From NCBI GenBank assembly GCA_964016885.1, contig OZ024752.1:20336001-20400000 (forward strand): DNA of 64,000 nucleotides, in the 5' to 3' direction. Source of the DNA: Eledone cirrhosa (lineage: Eukaryota). Shown piece by piece: positions 40,898 through 54,771 of the stretch. The position numbers were made by a program, and so were the translations under genes. The notes beneath the pieces are model-generated. The model did no database searches. It worked only from the letters and a program-made list of their open reading frames with translations, and had not been told where the DNA came from. Positions within the stretch are counted from its first letter, which is position 1. Every line of letters starts with the position of its first letter.

Positions 40898-41485
40898 AAA
40901 AGGTATATATTGAGTTAGAAACTCAAAATAGTCTCTTACAATTAAATAACTTAAAGAAGTTTTTCAGAGCCATGTAATATAATTGAATATACAAGAGAAG
41001 TAAACACAAATATAAACATACATGTGTTCCAATTGTAAGGGACCAAGTTCGCTAGGGTGAAAAAAGTACTAATTATAACAATATGGTTTGCCAGACTCAA
41101 TTTAAAGTAATAAATCAAGAAAAAGAAAAACAAATCTATATTGGTCAACTGCCTGAACACCCAGACAGCCTTGGTGGCTGTTTCGTAATTTTTAGTGAAG
41201 GAAATTACCAATTCTTTGCCCATCAGTGGGTGTAAAATTAGTAATCCCTCCACTTCTAAGTATGTCAGAAGACTGAATACTATGTGAATATAAAATAGTA
41301 TGTGAATATAAAATCAGGCTGTTGCCCAATAGAGTTTTGTTTCTCTTTTGATTTATTACTTTAAATTGAGTCTGGAAAACCATATTGTTAGTATTTTTTT
41401 CACCCTAGCGAACGTGGTCCCTTAGAATTTGAACACATGTATGTTTATATTTGTGTTTATCTCTCTTTTATATTCAATTATATAT
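40895..41485. mobile_element. Inverted-repeat-plus-tail PLE-like element with hammerhead (41158-41232, minus)
   Basis: Diverged inverted arms at about 40976-41155 and 41313-41485. Motif CACCCA-CUGAUGG-...-GAAA-CAGCC accaa GGCUGUC^-UGGGUG. Confidence 0.75.
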
Positions 41486-41542
41486 ATATATATATATATA
41501 ACCCATGCTAGCGTGGAAGATAGACGTTAAACGATGATGATG

Positions 41543-41577
<35 letters not shown>

Positions 41578-42643
41578 TAATATATAAACACATACATATA
41601 CTATCCTGTCTTCATGTTGTTTTTGTTATTCATTCAAGTGTTTGCTTGCATGTGTGCATACATATATTTTACTTCAGCCAGTCGAGACCAATCCAGCTAA
41701 AATTCTAGGCTTCAATAAGATGTCCATAAACATCTGTATTTTCAAAATGGCTGACTGAAGCTACAAAAAATGTCTTTGTAATCATTAAACACACATACAT
41801 TTAACACTACATTTTGTAAAGAGATTACATTAAATACCAAAAGCTTTTCCTTTGTACATATATGACTTGGTCACTGATGCTATTATTACAGCACACACCT
41901 ATGTAGGGTTGAGGAGGCCTCCTACATGATTGCATCTCATAGGGGGCTCCTTGGATGATTATTAATAATAATAGGGAGCTTCAGTCCTTTGCAAGGTACT
42001 CATTTTTTCCTGCTGAGTGGACTGGAGCAATGTGAAATGAACATGTCATGTTGCTCAGGCCAGAAATCAAATCCACTACCTTATGATTGTGAGTCTGACA
42101 ACCTAACCACTAGACCACATACTGATACTCTACTTCATTATATCTGTATTATATCTACACCAATGATTTGGTCACTGATACTTTACCTCAGTAGTTCCTA
42201 AACATATCTTGTAGAATCCATGGTTTTCAAAGAATTGCTGACTCCACAGCTATATTTTATGGACAATATCCAACATCTTAATTTTATTAAGATATTAAAT
42301 GAAACAAAAATTATTTTAGAGAAAGAATTTATAACAAATATAAATTAATGAAGAATTTTAAGGGATTTACTAAAATCATTTATTATGGTTCTTAAATAAA
42401 ATTATGTTGGAAGATATTAATTTAAATAGGGATCCTTTAAACTGGGTGGTTTTGTTTCATAGAACCAGAGCTGGTTTAGGGCAGACCTTTATCAAAAGGG
42501 ATAATAATTGCTAAAACAAATTCAGATTCTTATCACATCAAATCTAATTACATTAAATCAAAGTTATTCAAGAATTGCACAAGACAATTAATTTTTCTGA
42601 ATTTGAAAAAAATTGAAAGTAGAAGACAGAGAGCAGATGATAT

Positions 42644-42778
42644 GAAGGCACACATTCATCTGAGCACCATATAAGGCACACATTCATTTGAGCACCATAT
42701 AAGGCACACATTCATCTGAGTGTCATATATGGCACGCATTCATCTGAGTACCATATAAGGCACACATTCATCTGAGTG
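42644..42778. repeat. 28-bp tandem repeat (about 5 copies)
   Basis: Unit aaggcacacattcatctgagcaccatat. Confidence 0.92.
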
Positions 42779-42845
42779 AAAAAAGCCATTTTTGAAAAGC
42801 CATTTTTGTCATTAAAAAGTAAGTTAGTTGCAGATGGTATCTTAC

Positions 42846-42901
42846 CTATTGGAGAATTGTTTCATCAACTTAGTTGAAAACACTGATGCTGAAAGCTGTA
42901 C
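42846..42901 (-). CDS. Candidate 56-nt exon of an unidentified host gene
   Basis: cttcag acceptor and AG|gtaaga donor. Only one frame is fully open: VQLSASVFSTKLMKQFSN. Confidence 0.3.
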
Positions 42902-44034
42902 CTGAAGATGTATATTGTGACTCAATGACAACAAGGAATTGGTTTAAATTGGAAGAATGATGACCTGATTATTGTGAAGATATAGAAGAATATGTTTGAA
43001 GATACCCAACATCTGCTAGAATTAAACCATACCCAGTTGTATTCTAAAGATATTAAAGCATGGATATATGTACATAGGGATCACACTAATATCAAGTATT
43101 TACTACTATTGATGCATTCTGTATGTGGTCAGGAGTAATCAATAGTTGCTCGACAAGATCCCAGACTTCATTCACTTAATGAGTGGGGTGGAGCTCGTCA
43201 AATCAGACCGAGAAAACAATGCTTCCATTGATCTTTCCAATTGCTAACACTATCTGTCAGTCGCAACTCCAGGAAACGTGAAATAAAGTGCCTTACTCAA
43301 GGACACAACACATCACCCAGTCAAGGAATCGAACTCATAACCTCATGATTGTGAATCCAATTCTCTAACCACTAAGCCACATGCCTTCAGGAGTAATACG
43401 AGTTAAAAATAAACAAGTAGAAACAGTTAACCAAGTATTGTTTTCCAGAAACAGTCTAATAATACCTGTCACTTTTGTGATATCTACATGGCTTCTTAAT
43501 ATGAACAGATAGTCCCATGTGTTCAAATGGGTTTAAAAGCATATTTACCAAATAAAGGTCCTATTAACCTTTTTTTTTTTCAATATACCAATCTGGTCAA
43601 AACCAGCTCTAGTTCTATAAAACAAAACCAGACAATTTAAAAGGTTCCTTTGTAACCCTTTAGCATTTAAACCGGCTGTATCCGGCCAGAACTATCTCAC
43701 CCCATTCTGTTCAAACTGGCTGTAACTGGCCATGCATACTTACAATAAGCTATTGTTCTAAAAACAATTTCATCAAAATTTCATAGATTTGATATTATGT
43801 GAGGTAATTATGTAAGATAAAGCATTTACCACAAAAATACAATAGTATATATAGAGTAATGTCAATGCTAAAGGGTTAAACTGGTACATTTTTTATCAAC
43901 CTCGAAAAGATGAAATGCGAAATTGACCCGTGGGATTTGAACTCAGAGCATGCAATGAGGTGGAACAAATACTGTAAAGCATTCTGTCTGACATCTTAAC
44001 AACTCTGCTAATTCGTCAACTTTAATTAATAAAT

Positions 44035-44220
44035 AATTGTTTTTACTTTTGGCACAAGGCCAGCAATTACCCAGTTCATTACTGGTACTTTACTTCATCG
44101 ACCCCGTAAGGATGAATGGCAAAGTTAACCTCGGCGGGATTTGAACTCAGAATGGCAAGGGCCGTAGCTCTATGCGTCAAAGCACGGCGTCCGACCCTCT
44201 ACCGATACTGCCAATCCACA
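44035..44220 (-). mobile_element. SINE family A (young copy)
   Basis: CpG-rich reverse complement of the 3995-4185 type, flanked by duplicated ctttaattaataaataa. Confidence 0.85.
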
Positions 44221-46729
44221 GTGCTTTAATTAATAAATAATAACTATTAAATATGTTTTTAGAGAAAGGCCTCAAATTTCATATAGCTTAGGGCCTCAGC
44301 AGGTGAATGTCTGGCCCTGTATGTAAGATATTGTGAGGGATCTACAGAAAATTAATTTGAGCAAAGGGATATTACAGAGATATATCAAATCAGACTGACC
44401 TACTCCACTACTGACAACTTAAAGTAGGAATGTCTAGAAAATAAGTCTTAATTCTCCTCGGCGGGTGCTTCCCAGTTTCCAAGGTGTGAAGCAATTGAGA
44501 ATACAAAGCTCCAACCTGAGCAGGACACCAGTCCATCAGTGTTAAACACCCAACTATTGCTGCTACACATTTTCAGCTGAGTATACTGGAACAACATGAA
44601 ATGAAGTATTTTGTTCAAGAACACAGCACACAACCCAGTCCAGGAATCAAACCTACAACAAAGTAGGCATGTGTTCATTTCAAATCAGATGGTATGGACA
44701 GATTGATTGGTAATGTACAACATAACCAACTTACATTTTCTAGTATAAAGTAGAAAAGTGTCTTTAGAGATTATGTTATCAATATTCCATCACTGAGTGA
44801 CACAAGGTAGTGACATAGATCCAGAGATTATAAGCACCCGACCCACACTGTAAAGTGATCATGGACACCAGTCCATTACAGAGTTAAACCTCCAGTTACT
44901 GCTGGTACTCATTTTCAGCTGAGTATACTGGAGCAACGTGAAATGAAGTGTCTTGCTCAAGAACACAACACACAACCCAGGAATCGAACCCATAACATTA
45001 TGATTGTAAGTCCAACACCCTTACCACTAGACCATGTGTCTCCACACATTGATTAACTTTTTATATTTTGAATTATTTGATGTGAAGATGTTTCAAGTGT
45101 TTACCTATGTATTCCCTAAAAATACGACAATGATGATGATGCTCAGCCCAATATGTTTTACTCACAAATTCTTGGTAAATAAACCCAGGTATATACATAA
45201 CAATGACTTTGAAATATGTAAATGAAGTAATGTTATTTCATAAACTGGGTTTCTTGTCTTCTATGGCTGACCAACTTCTCCTGACCATCCCTGAAAACTT
45301 CAGTTATAAATGAAAGATAATTCTCAATTTTGGTCAGAATTCAACCATTCTTAATACGCAAAATGACTATAGAAAGATTGTCTTCACTGGTTTATATTTC
45401 CATTGAAAAAAAGAAATTTGACAATTTAGAAGGAAAAAAAATTGCACGAGATATTAAGGAATTTGCTAAAAAAACCAAGATGCTTATCATCACCATCACT
45501 GTTTAATGTCCATTTTTCCATGCTAGCATGGGTTAGATAAGTTATCCTGTTGTGAGCAATGCCACATCATACAGAACTGATTTTGGCTTGGTTTCTACAA
45601 CTGGAAGCCCTTCCTAAAGCCAGCCTCATTTACAGTGAGTACTGGGTGCTTTTTGTCGTGACACCTACACAACCAATTTACAGTATGGGCTGGGTGCTTT
45701 TTGTCATGTGGCCATCACAATCACTTTATAGTGTGGACTGGAGGCTTCACAGGATACATACTTCAGAATGTATATTTAAATTAAATCTTGTTTCAGTTAA
45801 ATGGAAGACAGAAGGTTTTAAAATGGGTCAGATGAGTTGTCAATTCCTTAAGCCCCAGTGTGGCCATTTTATTTGATTTTCAAAGGGAAATAACTGAGTT
45901 GGTCTTCATGCAGTGAACAAATAAACACTATGCACGCATACACAATTCTTCAATTGTAGTCAGATGCTTAAAATCATCAAATGAACATGATACTATAAAT
46001 TGTATGTTTATACTAAATTTTGTTAGATAATTATAAGCACAAGTAATATTGATGATTTAGGGTCACCACTGATGCACACATATACATAACCTTTAACTTT
46101 ACTCTAAAGTTGTCCTAATTTTCAGACATTTGTAACTGACTTCTAAAAGTATCTATATTTAAATTTCTGGTTGATTGATAAAGCTTAAAAAAAGAAACAC
46201 AGAAAAGAGAGGTCAGTCACCACTTGGTGTAATTCGTAGCCACACAGTATATGGAAGGTGTAAGTTCAAGTCCCATGGGTGGAACTATCCACATTTTTCC
46301 ATCTCTAGGGGCTTACATTGCCTACTTGTTTGACTATTTTCATAGTAAAAAAACCTATATAGTACCTTTAACTTCATTCCAAGGTTGTCTTAATTTTCAA
46401 AGTTTTGTAACTCGCTCAGAGCATCTAAAAATAGATTGTATATTTAGACACACACAATGTCAATGTGCGTGAACGACCAAGCATAGACGAGATGAGAGAG
46501 AAACTGTGTATAAGAGGGATAAGCTGTAGTGTGTAGGAGGGAAGACTGCATTGGTATGGCATCCAGCTGTAGAAACCAAGCCAAAATACAAATTAGTATG
46601 AGCATGTCATGGTCTTTGGACCTGACTTGTCTCATGTGACAACCCGTCTAACCCATGCAAGTGTGGAAAAATGGACATTAAATGATGATGATGACATACA
46701 TACATATCCCCATCTACATACATAAACAA

Positions 46730-46785
<56 letters not shown>

Positions 46786-46940
46786 TCATATATACATAAA
46801 TATATACATGACATTATCTTTTGATATAACTAAAGTATGTAGCAAGAGCTAATTACTAATAAACAAGTTGAGACAATAAGGAAACATCTACAGCATCCTT
46901 TGACATGTTAGGAATTGTATACAACGTTTTCGAACGTTCA

Positions 46941-46985
<45 letters not shown>

Positions 46986-47099
46986 AATATATATATACAT
47001 AAAGTTTAGACAAGCCTTGGGCAATACAACAGCCACCATAACCGCTCTGATTATGCACCACAAGCTAGGCTTGCAGACAAACAGAAGGACCATTTCTAA

Positions 47100-47345
47100 G
47101 AGGTCCACTTACAAACTACTTCAATGAGGTGTGACTCATTATCGCTGCTGGTGACTTCAATGGACATATTGGGAAACACCACAACTATTTTGGTGTTCAT
47201 GGAAGCAATGGCAGTATTACAAAAAATGAGAGGTTATGGCTTCTGGAGTTCTGTGATGCTTTTGACCTATTTGCAATAAAAATTCAAAGAAACAAGCCAG
47301 CCACCTGATCACCTGCTAATCAAATGGACCCACAAGCCAGAAAGT
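47100..47345 (+). pseudogene. Decayed RTE AP-endonuclease fragment
   Basis: LIIAAGDFNGHIG...LLEFCDA...SHLIT, homologous to 25710-25925. Confidence 0.7.
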
Positions 47346-47394
47346 CAAATGGTATTCGATGGTGAGTCAGTGTATGCCAATCTATAAAACAACA

Positions 47395-47700
47395 ATAAAG
47401 ACCCCCTTCGGTCACGTATGACTATGGGATTTGCGCCTAGAAAGTTCCCCCTCCGAAGCACAAGACCAGCAATCGCCGATGCATACCAGTCTCCCCTCTC
47501 CACGCCACTAATGTTGTCCAAGGGAAAGGCAATGACCGATACAACTTGGCACCAGTGACCTTGCAATTCATTTCTACAGCTGAGTGAACTGGAGCAACAT
47601 GAAATAAAGTGTCTTGCTCAAGGACACAACGCATCACCCAGTCTGAGAATTGAACTCACAACCTCATGATTGCAAGCCCAACACTCTAGCCACATATATG
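47395..47700 (-). mobile_element. tRNA/CORE-like SINE with a different tail
   Basis: Head shared with family B; the tail ends ...cgtgaccgaaggggtctttattgttg. Confidence 0.7.
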
Positions 47701-47880
47701 CCATGTTTTATCCATACCATGCACAAATGCTACAATCTGTCAAAAACGTTCCAAAATCTTTATTTTGAGTTGATAGAACATGATTAAAAGTAAGACAAAA
47801 ATGCAGGAGAGCAGCAAATGTTCTAAAATGAATTCATGCATGCCGATCTCTGCCAACAGTGATGTCTGTCTGTCTGTCTA

Positions 47881-47882
<2 letters not shown>

Positions 47883-47947
<65 letters not shown>

Positions 47948-47967
47948 GTGTGTGGTGTGTGGTGTGT

Positions 47968-48017
<50 letters not shown>
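47883..48017. repeat. (GT)n microsatellite
   Basis: Seen directly in the sequence. Confidence 0.97.
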
Positions 48018-48018
<1 letters not shown>

Positions 48019-48309
48019 ATCACCATCATCGATTTTACGTCTGTTTTTCCATGGTTAGATGGGTCTTTTTCAGTAAAAACCTCTCTCGAATCGATGCATT
48101 CCTTCATCAACTCCTGTGAGTCTCAGCAATTTGAAATCAGCTCTCACCACCTCTGTCCAAGTCTTTCCTGGTCTACCTCTACAGCAGCTTCCTGCCACAG
48201 GAACTCCCTGTACTAATGTAGTCTTCTCTCTTGCACATCACTTCAGATTCCTCTTAAACCCAGTATCTTCCTCAGTTTGTCCAAATAAATCTATATCTAT
48301 ATATCTAAC

Positions 48310-48940
48310 TATGGACAATAGAGTTTGCCAGACTCAATTTAAGAATAAATCAAGAAAATAAATACAAACCAGAATTGTGGTAACAACCAATCACCCAGAC
48401 AGCATTTGGCTATGCTGTTTCGCAAATTAATTGTGAAGAGGATTACCGATTCTTGCTCGTCAGAATACATCATCATTTTACGTCCACTTTTCCTTGTTTG
48501 CAAGGGTGGGACGGGAACTGATTCTGGCTGGATTTCTACACCAACCTCATTTACAGTGAGTGCTGGGTGCTTTTTTTCCGTGGCGCCTACACGTCCACTT
48601 TACAGTGTGGGCTGGGTGCTTTTTTGCTGTGGCACCTCCACGACCACTTTGCAGTGAAATGATAGGGACCCCAGCCCTATCATCTCCTTTCTACAGCTGA
48701 GTAAACTGGAGCAATGTGAAATAAAGTGTCTTGCTCAAGGAAACAACATCACCCGGTCTGAGAATTGAACTCACAACCTTTCGATTGCAAGGCCAATGCT
48801 CTAACCACTGAGCCATGTACCTCCATATGTTTATCTTTCTTTTATATTCAATTATAATATACGGCTCGGAAAAATCTCTTTCCTAGAGCTATTTTATTGT
48901 AAGCGACTATTTTGAGTTTCTAACTCAATATATACCTTTG
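48310..48940. mobile_element. Second copy of the 40895-41485 family with hammerhead (48392-48468, minus), interrupted by composite SINE B (48468-48826)
   Basis: gtttgccagactcaattta and caccca-gacagc are shared with 41085-41170. 48830-48940 is the reverse complement of 40897-41005. Motif CUGACGA-GCAAG...UUUGC-GAAA-CAGCAU agccaa AUGCUGUC^. Confidence 0.75.
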
Positions 48941-49358
48941 ATATATCTATATATCTATATTATCATCATCATCACCATCATTTAACGTCCACTTTCCTTG
49001 CTATCAAAGGTTGGATGGATCTACATAGACCAAGTCAGTACTGAACCGGGGCCACTGACGACCCAGACAGGCCAAGATGTCTGTATCCCACTAACGTAGT
49101 CATATCAAGTTTAGAGAAGTTGTTGTGTCTTTTGACACAAACTAAAGGGTCCTCCTAAGCCCTTGTTTAGCAAGCTTTCTATATATATTCATATATATAT
49201 ATATATAGACACACAATCGACAAACATACATTGTGAAAGTTTAGTGAAGAAACGGAATGTTTTACGTATTCCAGCCATAAATTAATAAAATTACAGGTTG
49301 TGTTTACACTCATGACACTTTTGTTTATGTTCAGAACCTTGTAAATCTCAACAACCAC

Positions 49359-50478
49359 AATACAGACACAGAATATTGGAAATACAGACACAGAATACTG
49401 GAAATACAGACACAGAATACTGGAAATACAGACACAGAATACTGGAAATACAGACACAGAATACTGAAAATACAGACACAGAATACTGGAAATACAGATA
49501 CAGAATACTGGAAATACAGACACAGAATACTGGAAATACAGACACAGAATACTGGAAATACAGACACAGAATACTGAAAATACAGACACAGAATACTGGA
49601 AATACAGACACAGAATATTGGAAATACAGACACAGAATACTGGAAATACAGACACGGAATATTGGAAATACAGACACGGAATATTGGAAATACAGACACA
49701 GAATACTGGAAATACAGACACAGAATACTGAAAATACAGACACAGAATACTGGAAATACAGACACAGAATACTGGAAATACAGACACAGAATACTGAAAA
49801 TACAGACACAGAATATTGGAAATACAGACACAGAATATTGGAAATACAGACACAGAATACTGGAAATACAGACACGGAATATTGGAAATACAGACACAGA
49901 ATACTGGAAATACAGACACAGAATACTGGAAATACAGACACAAAATACTGGAAATACAGACACGGAATATTGGAAATACAGACACGGAATACTGGAAATA
50001 CAGACACAGAATACTGGAAATACAGACACGGAATATTGGAAATACAGATACAGAATACTGGAAATACATGGCAACAGAATATTGGAAATACAGACACAGA
50101 ATACTGGAAATACAGACACAGAATACTGGAAATACAGACACGGAATATTGGAAATACAGACACAGAATACTGGAAATACAGACACAGAATACTGGAAATA
50201 CAGACACAGAATACTGGAAATACAGACACAAAATACTGGAAATACAGACACGGAATATTGGAAATACAGACACGGAATACTGGAAATACAGACACAGAAT
50301 ACTGGAAATACAGACACGGAATATTGGAAATACAGATACAGAATACTGGAAATACATGGCAACAGAATATTGGAAATACAGACACAGAATACTGGAAATA
50401 CAGACACAGAATACTGGAAATACAGACACGGAATATTGGAAATACAGACACAGAATACTGGAAATACATGGCAACAGA
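49359..50478. repeat. 22-bp minisatellite (about 50 copies)
   Basis: Unit aatacagacacagaatactgga. Confidence 0.97.
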
Positions 50479-52064
50479 CAACGAAAATGCTCAGCATTTA
50501 CCAAAAAAAAATGATAAGAAATCACAAATACATTATTCGGAATTTGGCAAAGAATCAGCCACTTTTCCTTTTCATTTTACTGTTGGCTATACCAAACTCT
50601 AGTCTTCATCAATGCCTACATTGTGACACCAGCTGTAGAGAGGTTGTCATGTCTTTGACACAGCTGGATAGCCCTCCCAACCCTTTGTTTGACAACTATA
50701 TCCCCAACACTATGAAGACTGTCATGCCCGTGACACAACTGAAGGATCCTCCCAACCCGCTGTTTCGCAAGCTTTCTACAACTGGATGCCATTCCAATCA
50801 CCAACCACTTTACAGAGTGTACTGGGTGTGCTTATCATGAAAGTCACCATCACGAGGAAGGTTGTCATGTATTTGACACAGCAGAAGAGTCCTCCCAACC
50901 CTCTGTTTGGCGGGTTTTCTATGGCCGGCTTCCAATCACCAATCACTTTACAGAATGTACTGGGTGTGTTTATTGTGTAAATCATCAACACTAGAGAGAT
51001 TGCTGTGCCCTTGACACAACTACAAAGTCCTTTCAACTATTTTGGCATAGTTTCCAGTGCTAGCAAGGTTTCAGTCACTAACTCAACTGAAGAGCCCTCC
51101 CTACTCTATAAAGGTGGGTGGATGAGCAAGGATTATGACTAATGTCAGGATTTTAAGGGGGGGGGGGGGGGTTAAGACTGGTGTGTAAGGATTTTAGGGG
51201 GTGTGGGGTGATCCTGAGAAGAGTGTGGGTGCTAGGATGTGTTGACCTCCAATAGCATGGTAGGTACTGTGATGATAAGTTACTGAGGGAAATGGGGGTA
51301 GGGTATAACTGGTGTGTTAAAAGTTTGGGCAATGGGGATGATTCTGGGTGGAGTCATACAACAGCACAGCATGTTGCCAATCCTCATGGTCCTTTGTCAT
51401 CTCTGGTGTGAGGTTCAGCTTTTGAAGGTCAGCCCTTCCTGATTCTGCCTCTTCCACAAGTCCCTTTCACTGAGGTTTCTTTTTATACAACTGTAATCTT
51501 CCATATGTATCACATGCCCACACCAACGAAGTCTTCTCTCTTACACATTACATCCAATTCCTCATATACTAAGTTTTTCTCTGTTTGCTTGTGCTAGGTG
51601 ATTCATGCACACTGACATACATCTATCAAAGAATACTTGTTTCATATATTTTCAGCCTTCATAAGTCTTCTGCAATCAATGCCCATGTCTCATTGACATG
51701 TAGCATTGCAGTTCACAGAAATAACACACCAATACCACCAAACAAGATCTCACATGTCTAACCCATAAAGCAGAAAGTCTGATCAGGTGTACGCACTGGA
51801 AGGCCTACTTTTTCGAAAACTTTTGAATATGCCTTCAAATCATGGGCCCACCTTATGTTAAGGAATTCGAAAACTTCAAAGCAAACATAACAGATTTCAT
51901 TTATAAGGTAAGTTTTTGGCAACATGCTTATCCTGTCTTAAGTTCTCTCAACAATTACACATGTCTCAAACAATCCAAAAATACATACACTCATGCCAAC
52001 AAAACAAAGGACAGCTACAAAACAAACACACAACAGACTCCTAACATCAATGATACCAAAAAAT

Positions 52065-52630
52065 ACAAATATGTTTCCTTATAGTTGTTTGGATGATATA
52101 CTTGCTTTCTGATGAGGTCCCAATTAGGTCTGAAAATCAACTAAAGGTGTTTATCAATTGTTTTCAATTTACAGGGAAATTGTATTTTCTGGCATGTTTA
52201 CATGCCAACATATTAGATATGTGTATACACTGATATACACATTGGTGAAATCTCAGTTACCAACTCTGTATACAGATATAACTTTATCATACACTTCAGT
52301 TGCTAGTGCACTTCTGAATATATATCTTAATTACCAACATGAGTGCTAATTATATGCAAATTATTCAGAATAACACTAAGAGTGATTGAGTATATAAGCC
52401 AATCAAATAAATGTTTCCTTGTGGTTGTTTGGATGATATAAACACCTGATAGAGGCCCAGTTAGGTCCAAAAATCGATTAAAGATGTTTATCATTTTTTC
52501 CATTTACAGGAAAATCATATTTTCTAGCATTCTTATATACCTTTATGTACCTATATATTAGATATGTGTATATTACACATTGGTTCAATCTTGGTTACCC
52601 ATTCTGTATTTATAGATATAACTTTATCAT
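52065..52630 (+). mobile_element. Diverged ~340-bp direct repeat pair, each copy with a decayed minimal hammerhead
   Basis: Two copies of atgtttcctt...gttgtttggatgatata...ctgat(g/ag)agg.cc...ttaggtc..aaaatc.a.taaag.tgtttatc...tttacagg.aaat, at about 52070 and 52410. Confidence 0.65.
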
Positions 52631-52654
52631 GTTCTAGTCACTCACCTTTGTATG

Positions 52655-52689
<35 letters not shown>

Positions 52690-53474
52690 TGCATACGAAC
52701 AGCAATGTTGCATGACAGTGAGACCTGGGCATTGTGTGCAGAGGATATACGCAGACTAGAGAGGAACGAAGCTTGCATGCTCCGCTGGATGTGTAACAGT
52801 AATATACGTGAACGGCAAAGCATAAACGAACTAAGGGAAAAATTAGAAATAAGAGGGATCAGATGTTGTTTACTCTAGAGAAGGCTACGTTGGTATGGTC
52901 ACGTGATGCGCATGAAAGACGACAGCTGTATAAAAAAGTGCAGGGCAATAAAGATAGACGGTAGCCACGGAGTAGGCAGACCCAGAAAAACCTTGGACGA
53001 GCTGATAAATTCCGACCTCACACACTTACACCTCTCCAAGACAATGTCACTGGACCGAGATCTTTGGCGGTACTCAGTAATAGAGAAGACCCGCCTTACA
53101 AAGTAAAACCTACTACAGTCAGTAGGCATCTCTAACAAAATACACCCCCGTCCCACCACCCCCACTCCATCCACACCGCCCCTTTCAATGTAAAGTTATG
53201 TTGGTGCCACAACATCCAGGCCGAAACAAATGAGATCGTGTAGGTGTCACGACAAAAAAACACACAGTCCACGCTGTAATGTGGCCGTGTAGGTAACACG
53301 GTAAAAACCTCCCAGCCCCACACTGTAAATGTGGTTGGTGTTAGGAAGGGCATCCAGGCGTAGAAAACCCGCCAGACAGTCCTATGCGAGCAAGACAACC
53401 ACTCTTGCCTCAAGTGGGAAAACTCCCGTCCAAACCCATGCAAGCGTGGAACATGGACGCTAAACGATGATGAT

Positions 53475-53475
<1 letters not shown>
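52690..53475 (+). mobile_element. 5'-truncated RTE LINE copy
   Basis: CIRTAMLHDSETW...RWYGHVMRM...KTRLT, then 3'UTR and (GAT)n. Confidence 0.92.
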
Positions 53476-53516
<41 letters not shown>

Positions 53517-53637
53517 AAAGAAAACGAAAAATCACTGATGCATCACTGATTTTTCATTTTCTATTTTATCATGCTCTGTAAGAGCATAGAGTTCTCAACC
53601 GGCATACCGCCTATGGAAGCATCTTAGCTACCATCAG

Positions 53638-53672
<35 letters not shown>

Positions 53673-53738
53673 CAGGATGTCCCCCAAAAATGTATACACA
53701 CTTTGATTATGGTGTGTACATTTTTGGAGGACACCCTG
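53673..53738. mobile_element. 66-bp Tc1/mariner-type hairpin MITE
   Basis: TA-caggatgtcccccaaaaatgtatacac ... gtgtgtacatttttggaggacaccctg-TA. Confidence 0.82.
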
Positions 53739-54067
53739 TATATATATATATATATACATACATACATACATACACACACACATACTTACACCCACCACAG
53801 TAATCAGCAGGCAGAACATGGACCTTTGAATTACACTAGTCAGTCCATCCAATGGTCTTCCACACAGTTTCTATCTACCAATGTCACTCACAAAGTGTAG
53901 GTCAGCCTGGGACTACAACAAAAGACACTTGTCCAAAATACCGTACACCCTTCATTTCAATTCTACTTTTGAAAAGCACAAGAACTGCGAAACCGGTAAA
54001 GGAACCAAATAGATATATTTTTTTTAAAAAAAAGACTCCAGTTGCATTTTGGATTTCATCATTTTTC

Positions 54068-54121
<54 letters not shown>

Positions 54122-54124
<3 letters not shown>

Positions 54125-54442
54125 TTATGTAATAAACAACATAAGGCAATTATTCCATTTACCAGTGGTTTCTTAAAAGCAAAAAATGTTGCTTTCAATC
54201 ATCAGAATGAAAAAATCCTGGTCTGTTTATTGAATTTGGATTTTAAAAACGTTTTTTAAAATCCAAATTCAATAAACAGACCAGGATTTTTTCATTCTGA
54301 TGATTGAAAGCAACATTTTTTGCTTTTAAGAAACCACTGGTAAATGGAATAATTGTCTTATGTTGTTTATTACATAACTATTAAGCTCTGTTACCTACAT
54401 AGAGCACTCTTTTTTCCTGGACTTTTCCGACGGAATTACTTC
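54122..54442. mobile_element. Fold-back element (~129-bp near-perfect arms plus tail) with an intact hammerhead on both strands
   Basis: Palindrome 54122-54380 centred at 54250/54251. Plus-strand motif at 54291-54348 is UUCAUU-CUGAUGA-UUGAAAGCAA..UUGCUUUUAA-GAAA-CCACUGGUA^-AAUGGA, mirrored on the minus strand at 54154-54211. Confidence 0.88.
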
Positions 54443-54491
<49 letters not shown>

Positions 54492-54524
54492 CATGCTAGT
54501 GCGGAAGATGGGCGTTAAACGATG

Positions 54525-54582
<58 letters not shown>

Positions 54583-54611
54583 TGTGTGTATCCCCATTCA
54601 TTGGCCTACCT

Positions 54612-54771
54612 CAGTGTTTCCCAAAGTGGATTCCACAAAGAAGTGTCTGGGGTGCCATGAAAAGACGTAGAGGAGTATATTTATATCATGCCCATATAAC
54701 AGTATTAGACTTTGGGGTTCCCCCCAAATGTTTCTGAACTAAAAAGGGTTGAAAGAGTTTGGGAAATCCTG
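54612..54771. mobile_element. hAT (Charlie/MER5-like) MITE
   Basis: TIRs cagtgtttcccaaa / tttgggaaatcctg with an 8-bp TSD gc(c/t)tacct. Confidence 0.75.

Noticed and set aside
49179-50840. Six overlapping ORFs on both strands
   Set aside because: Translation of the 22-bp minisatellite.
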